A DNA stretch of 64,000 nt, taken from NCBI RefSeq assembly GCF_046119375.1, contig NW_027362767.1, positions 400,582,001 to 400,646,000 of the forward strand, written 5' to 3'. The position numbers and the translations under genes are program-made. This document shows, in pieces, positions 24,701 through 35,850 of the stretch. Position 1 is the stretch's first letter, and each line of letters starts with the position of its first letter. The stretch is from Phyllobates terribilis. Lineage: Eukaryota. Below the pieces are notes generated by a model, which saw only the letters and a program-made list of their open reading frames with translations, did no database searches and was not told the origin of the DNA.

Positions 24701-27700
24701 CATAGTCTATGGAGGACTACGGGGAGTGCATCATAGTCTATGGAGGACTACGGGGAGTGCATCATAGTCTATGGAGGACTACGGGGAGTGCATCATAGTC
24801 TATGGAGGACTACGGGGAGTGCATCATAGTCTATGGAGGACTACGGGGAGTGCATCATAGTCTATGGAGGACTACGGGGAGTGCATCATACTCTATGGAG
24901 GACTACGGGGAGTGCATCATACTCTATGGAGGACTACGGGGAGTGCATCATACTCTATGGAGGACTACGGGGAGTGCATCATACTCTAAGGAGGACTACG
25001 GGGAGTGCATCATAGTCTATGGAGGACTACGGGGAGTGCATCATAGTCTATGGAGGAATACGGGGAGTGCATCATAGTCTATGGAGGAATACGGGGAGTG
25101 CATCATAGTCTATGCAGGACTACGGGGAGTGCATCATAGTCTATGGAGGACTACGGGGAGTGCATCATACTCTATGGAGGACTACGGGGAGTGCATCATA
25201 CTCTATGGAGGACTACGGGGAGTGCATCATACTCTATGGAGGACTACGGGGAGTGCATCATACTCTATGGAAGACTACGGGGAGTGCATCATACTCTATG
25301 GAGGACTACGGGGAGTGCATCATACTCTATGGAGGACTACGGGGAGTGCATCATACTCTATGGAGGACTACGGGGAGTGCATCATACTCTATGGAGGACT
25401 ACGGGGAGTGCATCATACTCTATGGAGGACTACGGGGAGTGCATCATACTCTATGGAGGACTACGGGGAGTGCATTATACTCTATGAAGGACTACGGGGA
25501 GTGCATTATACTCTATGGAGGACTATGTGGAGTGTATTGTACTATATGGAGGACTATGTGGAGTGTATTGTACTATATGAAGAACTATGAGGAGTGCATT
25601 ATACTATATGGAGGACTATGGGGAGAGCAGTATACTATATGGAGGATTATGGGGTGCCTTATACTGTATGGAAGGCAATGTGGGTGCTATTATATTTGGA
25701 GGAATATGTAGGGGGACATTATACTGTATGCAAGCAATTACACAGTGTGAAGCTTTGTGTGGGGTCCATCATACTATGTGGGGGCCATAATACTATTTGG
25801 AGAGCTAGTGAGGGCCATTATACTGCATCGAGGGCTGTGTGGGGATCACAGTTGGGGGATCATACTTTGTTGGGGTCAGCATACTTTTCCGGGGGAGTTG
25901 AGGTGGGGCACAGTAGGGTCATTATACTGTGCATGTGGAGGAATTCACCATGGGGGTATCATACTTTCTTTGTGAATACTTTTGTTGGCATCATACTTTA
26001 TGGGGGCAATGAAAGGGGAATCTATGACTTCAGTAGGAGGAAAATTACTTTGTAAGGGCTGCAAAGCTGTGAGTTGTGCTCCTTTGTGAACCTGCCGAAT
26101 ATTATTTTCTTTTATGGGGGGAGGGGGCCCAATTAGAACTTCTGCTTTGGGACCCCATGATTTCTATGTACGCCCCTACCCAATATCTTATATCTAACTT
26201 TCCGGCATCCAGCAATAAACAATGAAACGCAAGGAAAACGGTGCAACATTTTTAATGAAAATTAATTTTAGCACAAAATACGAGAATTTAAAAAAAGAAA
26301 TAAAACTGTCCCTATTGTTGTCAATATCTTATAAGGTACAAGTTATTTTTCAAGATAACATACAGATGTATCAGAGTACAGGAGCGGCCGTGTGCCCTGA
26401 GTCATCTATAGGATCTCAATATGTAGCTCAGACCCGTGTATCTAATCCCAACATCGTGTTTGATACTCTTCACAGTCGACACAACATATTAGATAACGAG
26501 AAGACATATTTGTGGAAAAATTGAAATTTTTTTTACTTTGAACCAAAGTACATTCATTTTTGGAAACACCTGTGGGGGGCAAAATGCTCACTACCCCACT
26601 AGATAAATTTTTTTTAAGGGGTGCAATTTCCAAAATAGGGTCATTTCATGGAGGTTTCCAGTTTACGATGCCTTAGGGACTCTGTAAATGCAACACGGAG
26701 CCCAAAAACCTTTCCAGCTAAAACCATTAGGCTTTCCTTGCCATGCGCCAAACAGTCGTGCACGACCACACATAAGGCATCGCCTACCCCAGAAGAATTT
26801 TGGAGCTCTTGTTCTATTTTTAGTCTTTATCTTATGGATAAAACTACATTTTAGAGAAAAAAGTTTAATGTTTCATTTCTGCTGCCCAATTGTTTAAAAA
26901 AAAAAGAACAAAAAAACAGTGGGGTCAAAATCCTGACTATATCTTGCTGGAGGCCGACATAGACCTTTTTTCACAAATGTAGGCAAGGTGGTTACATATT
27001 AAGAGGTCCCTTTGTTTCAAAGACAATCCTGAATATCTTGGAAGAACCTGTGGACATTTACATATTAAACAACCTTTATCTCCCAAGGAATGGAGGGGCT
27101 CCAAGATCAAAGCCGGGCTACAATGTCTGCCAGTTGTGACTGCAAGACAATGGCACAGCCTCGGGGGTTGTATGACCAGTCCGAGGTAGTCATGATGGGA
27201 CCTTCTACATGACCCTTGAATCTCTAATTCTTACTAGACCTGAAGGTCCCCGTCCACATTAGACCAATATCGACAGGCCCAGCCGAAAATCGACAGGCCC
27301 AGCTGAAAATCGACAGGCCCAGCTGAAAATCGACAGGCCCAGCCGCTACTCTAATATATTTAATGGTGCTGAATAAATTGATCGTTGGGGGAGATAAAAA
27401 TCCATCATGTCCAATTTCAGACTGGAGATCATTATTTCCGGCAGCACAGGTCCTTTTTATATAAGTTGATGTGCTGCCGAGAACGATGATTTTTTTTTTA
27501 ATGCAAGCTTAAAAATCACTTCGCCGAACGTACGACCATTTCGCTAGTACGTTGGAAGATCGGCAGCCTGTTTACACCGAATGATAGGGAATTTTGATTG
27601 CGAACCCCAATGGGGACAGTGATGACAATACTATCAAACCCCTTCATTTATTATTACCTTGCACCCCAAAACACACCTGTAAAAAACTTCTCAAAGTGGT

Positions 27701-30700
27701 GTCGTTTCAAAAAAAAAAAAAACATAGGGGCATTTACACCTTATTGGTGCCTCCTAAATTCTGCAAGTGTGACATGGACCCCTGTAATAAAATTCCAGCT
27801 AAATCTGCACTCCAAAAGTAAAAAAAAAAAATCCTGTTTCTTTACCGCTGGGAGCCAAAACAATAGTTTACAGCCTGATATAGGGTATTTCAGTAGTCAG
27901 GAGAGATTATGTAAATAGCTTTTTACTTTTTTTTCTTATTAGACCTTATAAAAATCACACCGGGGCTCTGAGCAGAGTTAAAGGGGTTTTGTCACCTTTG
28001 TGATCATTTTTTTTCTTACTTAAATAAGTCTTTTGTCTAAAAATTATTTTTGTAATTGGATTACATTAAAAACGTTGCACCGTTTACCTTATATAACCTC
28101 TGTGTTGCTGACTGGAGAATTAGTTAACTGAGAATCGGTCAGTGAGCTCGTTCTGACAGTCCAATCGGGGAGTTTCTATGGCGGACCACCACCTTCTCTA
28201 TCTATAGGTTGATGCGGACCCATCTCTAGCACAGAATACATACTGATTCTTATTCTTCAGTCTCCAAAACTTGAAGCTGGCGTTCCACTTCATTAGAGCC
28301 TGGAAGGAGGGAGAGTGAGTCAGAAGAAACTGCAGGACCTTCTCCTTGGTTTCAGAAGAAGAGGTGGATGATCGGTAACATCGGATGCCATGACTGATGG
28401 CCGGCAGCGCTCTGACACTCTGCACCTGAGACCAGACAGGAAAAACCATGACAAACTACACCCCAACATTCCGACATTCCGATGATTTAACCCCTTAATC
28501 GTGCAGCCATTTTAGCACTTTCCTTTTTTACCTCCCATCTCCCAAGAGCTAGAACTTTTTTTTTTTTAACTTTTTACATAGACATAAGAGGGCTTGGTTT
28601 TTTGCTTTTTTTTGGGGGGGGGGCAAAGGCGGGGGGGAGACGGAGATGTCGTTTTGAATGACACCATTCATTTTACTGTAGAATGTGCTGGAAAATAGTA
28701 ATAAATAAATAAAAAATATACAGAATTCCAGCATTTATTTATTTTCGTTATTATATCATTCACTGTGAGGTAAAAATTATCAGGCAATACAATTCTCCAG
28801 GTCAGTTAAAAAAAAAAAAAAAAAATGTTTTTTAAAAAAATCAAATAGAAAAATAAATAAGTATATTATATATATGTATATACACATAAAATAAGTAATA
28901 TATATATATACACACATATATAATATATATATAATTTTTTATTATATGTACAGTACAGACCAAAAGTTTGGACACACCTTCTCATTTAAAGATTTTTCTG
29001 TATTTTCATGACTATGAAAATTGTACATTCACACTGAAGGCATCAAAACTATGAATTCACACATGTGGAATTATATACTTAACAAAAAAGTGTGAAACCA
29101 CTGAAAATATGTCTTATATTCTAGGTTCTTCAAAGTAGCCACCTTTTGCTTTGATGACTGCTTTGCACACTCTTGGCATTCTCTTGAAGAGCTTCAAGAG
29201 GTAGTCACCGGAAATGGTCTTCCAACAATCTTGAAGGAGTTCCCAGAGATGCTTAGCACTTGTTGGCCCTTTTGCCTTCACTCTGCGGTCCAGCTCACCC
29301 TAAACCATCTCGATTGGGTTCAGGTCTGGTGACTGTGGAGGCCAGGTCATCTGGCGTAGCACCCCATCACTCTCCTTCTTGGTCAAATAGCCCTTACACA
29401 GCCTGGAGGTGTGTTTAGGGTCATTGTCCTGTTGAAAAATAAATGATGGTCCAACTAAACGCAAACCAGATGGAATAGCATGCCGCTGCAAGATGCTGTG
29501 GTAGCCATGCTGGTTCAGTATGCCTTCAATTCTGAATAAATCCCCAACAGTGTCACCAGCAAAGCACCCCCACACCATCACACCTCCTCCTCCATGCTTC
29601 ACGGTGGGAACCAGGCATGTAGAGTCCATCCGTTCACCTTTTCTGCATCGCAAAAATACACGGGGGAGGAGTCCTTAGGAGATAATTTGCATATTCCCAC
29701 TGCATTTTGGGGTAAGTGAAGAGTCTCCGCGAGCTCAAAGAACACTGGATTTTGGCTGTTGGAGCTGAAAAGAGGACATCGGTAAACCGCGCGCCTACTG
29801 GCGCGCGCATTTTGAAGCTTTTTTCACTGTTTTCAGAACATTAACATTAAGAACATGGAAGAGTCCAGGACCCATTTGGTGAGCTGCATATCCTGCTACA
29901 TGTTCACAGACTTGCCAGTGGAAAAGCCAAACTTCACATGCCAGAAATGCAAGCTTGTGTCCCTGTTGGAGGAAAAGTTGCGAAATCTAGAAGAGAGGTT
30001 AACTACCTTGAAAATCATTAAGGAAGGTGAAGAGTTCTTAGACAGAGCAGAATTATCTCTTCATGATTCAGAAAGAGAAGAAATTCGAACTGCACCTGAC
30101 GAAACAGAGGAATGGAAGCATGTGACCCACAGAAGCAGGAGGATCGAGAGGCAGTCAGCACCTATACTGCTCAGGAACCAGTACCAGGCTCTCACGCAGG
30201 AGAACCATGAAGAAATACAGCAAAATAAGACTTTGCCAGCAATGAATAACCTTGTAAGCCCTCAGAATCCTCCTGGATGGAGAAAGAAGAATGTTGTGAA
30301 GAAAAAACGGAGAGTGGTGGTCATGGGGGATTCCCTGTTAAGAGGAACAGAGGCCGCTATCTGCAGACCAGACATAACCTCAAGAGAAATGTGCTGTCTT
30401 CCAGGAGCAAAAATTAAAGATGTGTCTGACAGGATATCAAGACTCTTCAGACCTACAGATCACTACCTATTCCTGCTAATACATGTGGGGACAAATGACA
30501 CCGCAAGAAAGGACCTGGAAACCATCTGCAGTGACTTTGAAGACTTAGGCAAGAAAGTGAAAGAATTGGGAGCGCAGGTGGTCTTCTCATCCATCCTCCC
30601 AGTGGATAGCCATGGAACAATGAGGTGGAATAAGATTCTACAGGTGAACAACTGGCTACGTCGATGGTGCCGTCAACAAGGATTTGGATTTCTGGATCAC

Positions 30701-33700
30701 GGAATGAATTACCTATACGATGGACTACTTGCTAGAGATGGGGTGCACCTTACGAAGACTGGAAAACATGTATTTGGAAGTCGCCTTGCTACACTCATCA
30801 GGAGAGCTTTAAACTAGAACAATGTGGGAAGGGAAGCAAAAGGCCAGAAAAAGCCATACAGCTGACAAATACTATTGAGATCTCTGCTATTGGAAGTGGA
30901 AAGAAAGAACAAAGACAAAACAATTTAAATAATAAAAATATGGGAGGAAGAGAAACCAATCACAAACTAAAATGCTTTTATACAAATGCACAAAGCATGG
31001 GCAACACACAAGGAGAATTGGAACTACTAATGCAGGAAAAGGAATATGATGTAATTGGAATCACTGAAACTTGGTGGGACGATACACAGGATTGGAATAA
31101 AAGGCTAAAAGGATACAACTTATTTGCAAGAAACAGACTTGATAAACGAGGAGGAGGTGTCGCATTGTATGTTAGAAAAGCGTATATCTGCACAGAGATT
31201 GAAGCTTCAGAGACTGGGAGTTCTGTGGAAACTGTTTGGGTAAGAATAAAAGGAGAGAACAACGGAAAGGACACCATTGTAGGCATTTACTACAGGCCAC
31301 CTGGGCAAGCTGAAGATATGGATGAACTCTTTATGTATCAAATGACCAAGTTCTCCAAAAAATATGACGTAGTGGTCATGGGAGATTTCAACTATCCAGA
31401 CATTTGTTGGGAATCTCTCTCAAGTAAAACTAACAGGTCAAGCAAATTCTTATCCTCTCTTGCTGACAACTTTATCTTCCAAAAGGTAGGGGAGAAAACA
31501 AGGGGATCTGCTACTTTGGATCTAATCCTTATAAACAGGGAGGAAATGGTTGAGGAGGTAAAGGTGGCTGGGACCCTAGGAGGCAGCGATCATGCTATTA
31601 TAGAATTTTGGATAACTAGAGGAGGAAGACATGTGAAGACTCAAACTTTAAGGTTAGATTTTAGAAAGGCAGATTTTAAGAGACTCAGAAAGAGAATAGG
31701 AGGGATCCAATGGCTGGATGTCCTTAAGGACAAAAATGTCCAGGAAGGATGGGAAATTTTTAAAAATGAGATTCTCAAAGCACAATCGTTAACAATCCCG
31801 AAAAGTAGGAAGAATGGGAAGCATTTAAGGAAACCAGGATGGATGAACACAGAACTTAAACACATGCTAAAAAGAAAGAAAGAAATGTTTATTAAATGGA
31901 AAGAGGGAGGCATATCTAAAGAAGATTATAATGCAGTCTGCAGATCCTGCAGGGCACGTATCAGATTAGCTAAAGCTGACAATGAATTAAGGCTTGCAAG
32001 AGATGTCAAAAGCAATAAAAAAGGATTTTGGGGGTATGTCAAAAGTAAAAGAAAAGTCAAAGATGCTATAGGATTTTTACAGGATGAAAATGGAGAAATG
32101 GTAAGAGAGGATGTTGAGAAGGCCGAACTTTTTAACTCCTATTTTGCATCTGTTTTCTCTCAGAAAGAAAATGTAACATCAACTAATCTTCACTGTCCTT
32201 TTAAAGGAATAGAGGAATCCAAGTTATCTGTAAACAGAAAGATTGTGAGGGAATATTTAACTAACATAAATGAGTTCAAGTCTCCAGGTCCAGATGAATT
32301 ACACCCCAGAGTACTGAAGGAGATCGTAGAAGAAATTTTAGAACCACTCTCCATAATCTTTGAAAATTCTTGGAGAACAGGAGAAGTCCCAGAAGACTGG
32401 AGAAGAGTAAATGTTGTTCCTATCTTCAAAAAGGGGAAGAAGGTGGACCCAGGGAACTATAGGCCGGTGAGTCTGACTTCTATACCAGGAAAGATCTTTG
32501 AACAAATTATTAAACAACATGTATGTAAGTACCTGGATAAGAATGAAGTGATTAACCAGAGTCAGCATGGGTTTGTAACTAACAAGTCATGTCAGACTAA
32601 CTTAATTTCCTTCTATGACAGAATCACTGACTGGGTGGATCAGGGAAATGCTGTAGATATAGTATATCTTGACTTCAGCAAAGCATTTGACAAAGTATCT
32701 CACACCATCCTTATTGAAAAAATGACCAAGTATGCAATGGACCAGGCAACTGTTAGGTGGATTCATAACTGGCTTAGTGATCGGACTCAAAGGGTGGTTG
32801 TAAATGGCTTCACATCCAGCTGGATGAATGTCTCAAGTGGGGTACCACAGGGCTCCGTCCTGGGACCTGTATTGTTCAACATCTTTATCAATGATTTAGA
32901 TGAAGGAATTGAGGGTAAACTGATTAAATTTGCTGATGACACAAAGCTAGGAGGGATAGCTAATACTAGAGAAGAGAGAGAGAGGATTCAAAAAGACCTA
33001 AATAAACTGGAGCAGTGGGCAGCAACCAACAGAATGGTTTTTAACAGGGAAAAATGCAAAGTACTACATCTGGGCAATAAAAATGAAAAAAGCATATACA
33101 GAATGGGAGGAATAGAGCTAAGCAACAGTACATGTGAAAAAGACTTAGGTATACTAATAGATCATAGACTGAACATGAGTCAACAGTGTGATGCAGCAGC
33201 AAAAAAGGCAAATACAATTCTGGGATGTATTAACAGAAGCATACAGTCTAGATCACGTGAAGTCATTATCGGTCTTTACTCCTCTTTGGTCAGACCTCAT
33301 CTGGAATACTGTGTACAGTTTTGGGCACCACATTTTAAAAAAGACATAGACAAACTGGAGCAAGTTCAGAGAAGAGCGACCAGAATGGTGACTGGTCTGC
33401 AAACCATGTCCTATGAGGAACGGTTGCAGGATTTGGGAATGTTTAGCTTGTAAAAAAGAAGACTGAGAGGAGACTTAATAGCTGTCTACAAATATGTCAA
33501 GGGCTGTCACATTGTAGAAGGATCATCTTTATTCTCATTTGCACAAGGAAAGACTAGAAGCAATGGGATGAAACTGAATGGGAGGAGACACAGATTAGAT
33601 ATTAGAAAAAACTTTTTGACAGTTAGGGTGATTAATGAGTGGAACAGGCTGCCACGAGAGGTGGTGAGTTCCCCTTCAATGGACGTCTTCAAACAGAGGC

Positions 33701-34728
33701 TGGACAGACATCTGTCTGAGATGATCTAGTGAATCCTGCTTTGAGCAGGGGGTTGGATCAGATGACCCAGGAGGTCCCCTCCAACTCTACCATTCTATGA
33801 TTCTACGGTGGTTGGAACCAAAGATCTCAAATTTGGACTCATCAGACCAAAGCACAGATTTCCACTGGTCTAATGTCCATTCCTTGTGTTCTTTAGCCCA
33901 AACAAGTCTCTTCTGCTTGTTGCCTGTCCTTAGCAGTGGTTTCCTAGCAGCTATTTTACCATGAAGGCCTGCTGCACAAAGTCTCCTCTTAACAGTTGTT
34001 GTAGAGATGTGTCTGCTGCTAGAACTCTGTGTAGCATTGACCTGGTCTCTAATCTGAGCTGCTGTTAACCTGCGATTTCTGAGGCTGGTAACTCGGATAA
34101 ACTTATCCTCAGAAGCAGAGGTGACTCTTGGTCTTCCTTTCCTGGGGCGGTCCTCATGTGAGCCAGTTTCTTTGTAGCGCTTGATGGTTTTTGCAACTGC
34201 ACTTGGGGACACTTTCAAAGTTTGCCCAATTTTTCGGACTGACTGACCTTCATTTCTTAAAGTAACGATGGCCACTCGTTTTTCTTTACTTAGCTGCTTT
34301 TTTCTTGCCATAATACAAATTCTAACAGTCTATTCAGTAGGACTATCAGCTGTGTATCCACCAGACTTCTGCACAACACAACTGATGGTCCCAACCCCAT
34401 TTATAAGGCAAGAAATCCCACTTATTAAACCTGACAGGGCACACCTGTGAAGTGAAGACCATTTCTGGTGACTACCTCTTGAAGCTCATCAAGAGAATGC
34501 CAAGAGTGTGCAAAGCAGTCATCAAAGCAAAAGGTGGCTACTTTGAAGAACCTAGAATATAAGACATATTTTCAGTTGTTTCACACTTTTTTGTTAAGTA
34601 TATAATTCCACATGTGTTAATTCATAGTTTGATGCCTTCAGTGTGAATGTACAATTTTCATAGTCATGAAAATACAGAAAAATCTTTAAATGAGAAGGTG
34701 TGTCCAAACTTTTGGTCTGTACTGTGTG

Positions 34729-34764
<36 letters not shown>

Positions 34765-35713
34765 TTATAATAAATATATATTTATTAGTGTGTGTGTGTA
34801 TATATTATATTTGCTGTCGCCGCCTCCATAGAATTCCGATCTATGAAAATATAAAACTAAAAATAATAAAATATAATAATACATAATAAAAATATTTGGT
34901 GTCGCCGCCTCCACAGAACTCCAATCTATGACTCCAATCTAGGGGACTCAGTAAATTTTATTCTATTTTTTTTAAGCATTAATGTATTTTTTTTAAAAAC
35001 TATACAAGTTTGGCATCACAGTAATCGTACCGACCTGGACAATTATATCAGCTGAAAAAAATAATGCTGTAAAACCAAAACTCAAAAAAACAACAACATT
35101 AGAATTGCGTTGTTTTTTTTCTTCCACCATTTCAATCTCACTTAGAAGTTTTATTTTTCCACATTTTGTGAGTACATTATATGGTAAAATGAATGGCGTA
35201 GATGAAAACTACTACAACAAGCCCTCATATGTCTATGCCGACGGGGACAAAAAAAATAGAAAAAAGTTATGGTTTTTCAAAGAAGAGGAGAAAAGAAAAT
35301 AGAAAAAAAATGAACCAGTCATGAAATGGTTAAAGAGCCACTTCAAATAGCAAAAACAGGTCTCCTGCTCATAGCAACCAATCAGATTCCACCTTTCATT
35401 ATTCCAATGCCAGTTAGCAAATAAAAGCAGCGCCCTGATTAGTTGTTTTTTTTTTCAACTGCTCCATATGGGAAGCAGCTGCTACCGTATTACACCAGAT
35501 ATAAGGGAAGTTATGATCTAAGAGCGGCATACCACGCTAGGGTAATTCCGCAGCCCTGACAAGCGGTTACTACGGCTGACTCGCATAACACGTGACCTGT
35601 GTATATAATGGCGCGCACATACACAGGTATATACGTAGGATACAGCGCTCTGCCCAGGTGTTGTACGGCAAAGATCTATCTCATCATTGACCTACCACTC
35701 TGGACGCCGCCAT
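18602..35713 (-). CDS. DMAC2: Distal membrane-arm assembly complex protein 2 (ATP5SL), 249 aa; join complement(35696..35713,28244..28425,23266..23346,22564..22703,20205..20367,18602..18767)
   Basis: Six GT-AG exons total 750 nt with consistent phases. The protein is [14 protein letters not shown]...[15 protein letters not shown]...[15 protein letters not shown]...[19 protein letters not shown]...[39 protein letters not shown]..., with LRR-like C-terminal repeats. Synteny with B3GNT8 and BCKDHA. Confidence 0.92.
19163..20071. mobile_element. Non-autonomous PIF/Harbinger-like MITE, copy 2 (inverted), in the last DMAC2 intron
   Basis: Reverse complement of 196-1090 along its length; flanks TTA/TCA. 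Confidence 0.8.
20205..20367 (-). CDS. DMAC2: DMAC2 coding exon 5
   Basis: [24 protein letters not shown]...GLATLHHLQ; CAG acceptor and GTGAGT donor. Confidence 0.92.
20508..20682. mobile_element. TTAA-type MITE with an internal hairpin
   Basis: ttaaaggggtttttcca...ggaacaccccctttaa; inner arms ~20517-20550 and ~20569-20603 are reverse complements. Confidence 0.55.
20721..21307. mobile_element. Fold-back (Penelope-like) element: ~115-bp near-perfect inverted arms
   Basis: 20721-20835 is the reverse complement of 21195-21307; hammerhead-like motif at 20831-20868. Confidence 0.65.
21625..21985. mobile_element. T2/Kolobok-like MITE family A copy 4
   Basis: Same sequence family as 5267-5615; right TTAA at 21986-21989. 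Confidence 0.7.
22564..22703 (-). CDS. DMAC2: DMAC2 coding exon 4
   Basis: [46 protein letters not shown]; CAG acceptor and GTGAGA donor. Confidence 0.92.
22857..23206 (+). repeat. 16-bp C-rich minisatellite (~22 copies) in DMAC2 intron 3
   Basis: Unit CTCATGCCCYCCACTC. Confidence 0.9.
23266..23346 (-). CDS. DMAC2: DMAC2 coding exon 3
   Basis: [26 protein letters not shown]; TAG acceptor and GTATGG donor. Confidence 0.88.
24401..25620 (+). repeat. 31-bp minisatellite (~39 copies, degenerating to ~25990), inside a hAT-like element ending ~26178
   Basis: Unit GGAGGACTACGGGGAGTGCATCATACTCTAT; right terminus ...tacgcccct. Confidence 0.9.
28244..28425 (-). CDS. DMAC2: DMAC2 coding exon 2
   Basis: [20 protein letters not shown]...KVLQFLLTH...WRLKNKN; CAG acceptor and GTATGT donor; phase fits exon 3. 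Confidence 0.85.
29855..30817 (+). CDS. CR1 ORF1p: CxxC...CxxC zinc finger, coiled coil and SGNH esterase domain, 320 aa
   Basis: CISC...CQKC; [18 protein letters not shown] motifs; ends RALN*. Confidence 0.92.
   Translation: MEESRTHLVSCISCYMFTDLPVEKPNFTCQKCKLVSLLEEKLRNLEERLTTLKIIKEGEEFLDRAELSLHDSEREEIRTAPDETEEWKHVTHRSRRIERQSAPILLRNQYQALTQENHEEIQQNKTLPAMNNLVSPQNPPGWRKKNVVKKKRRVVVMGDSLLRGTEAAICRPDITSREMCCLPGAKIKDVSDRISRLFRPTDHYLFLLIHVGTNDTARKDLETICSDFEDLGKKVKELGAQVVFSSILPVDSHGTMRWNKILQVNNWLRRWCRQQGFGFLDHGMNYLYDGLLARDGVHLTKTGKHVFGSRLATLIRRALN
30940..33729 (+). pseudogene. CR1 ORF2 (APE endonuclease + reverse transcriptase) with one late nonsense codon
   Basis: YTNAQS, ITETW, GDFN, SDH; [34 protein letters not shown] at 33451-33453 (CAA in the 13.6-kb copy); the frame continues 92 codons to TAG at 33727-33729. 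Confidence 0.93.
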
Positions 35714-35850
35714 GTTGGACGTAGACCACGTGATCGGAGCTCACTTCGCCGATACCGCTGATTGGTGAATATGATAAAAGTGGGTGTGGCCTACAGCCTG
35801 GTTCTATATAATACTGAGAGAGGCGGAAGTCACCTCAGTTGGAGGCTGGA
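35500..35850. promoter_or_regulatory. DMAC2 housekeeping-type promoter
   Basis: CpG-rich. YY1-like GCCGCCATGTTG at 35706-35717 over the ATG, E-box CACGTG at 35727-35732, CCAAT box (ATTGG) at 35761-35765, ETS/GABP GGCGGAAGT at 35822-35830. Confidence 0.7.
35696..35713 (-). CDS. DMAC2: DMAC2 coding exon 1 (MAASRV)
   Basis: caacATGGCGGCG start in a CpG-rich promoter-like region; GTAGGT donor, phase 0. Confidence 0.8.

Larger units (their letters stand above)
29664..33804 (+). mobile_element. Full-length CR1 LINE, 4141 bp
   Basis: 5' UTR, ORF1, ORF2, and a 3' ATTCTATGATTCT terminus; 4-bp duplication ACGG (29660-29663, 33805-33808). Confidence 0.97.
28951..34724 (-). mobile_element. Tc1/mariner DD38E (Intruder-type) transposon, ~1629 bp, split by a CR1 insertion; transposase pseudogene
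   Basis: ~270-bp TIRs starting CAGTACAGACCAAAAGTTTGGACAC (28951-29222 / 34453-34724); TA on the left flank, TG on the right. Transposase runs 34311->33805 then 29659->29114 (350 aa) with WSDE, QQDND-38aa-E, and one TGG>TAG stop at 29300-29302. Confidence 0.95.

Noticed and set aside
24327-26055. Repetitive ORFs ([22 protein letters not shown]...)
   Set aside because: Same artefact from the second 31-bp array.
33787-34311. 174-aa ORF as an intact protein
   Set aside because: It is the N-terminal half of the Tc1 transposase running into antisense CR1 sequence.
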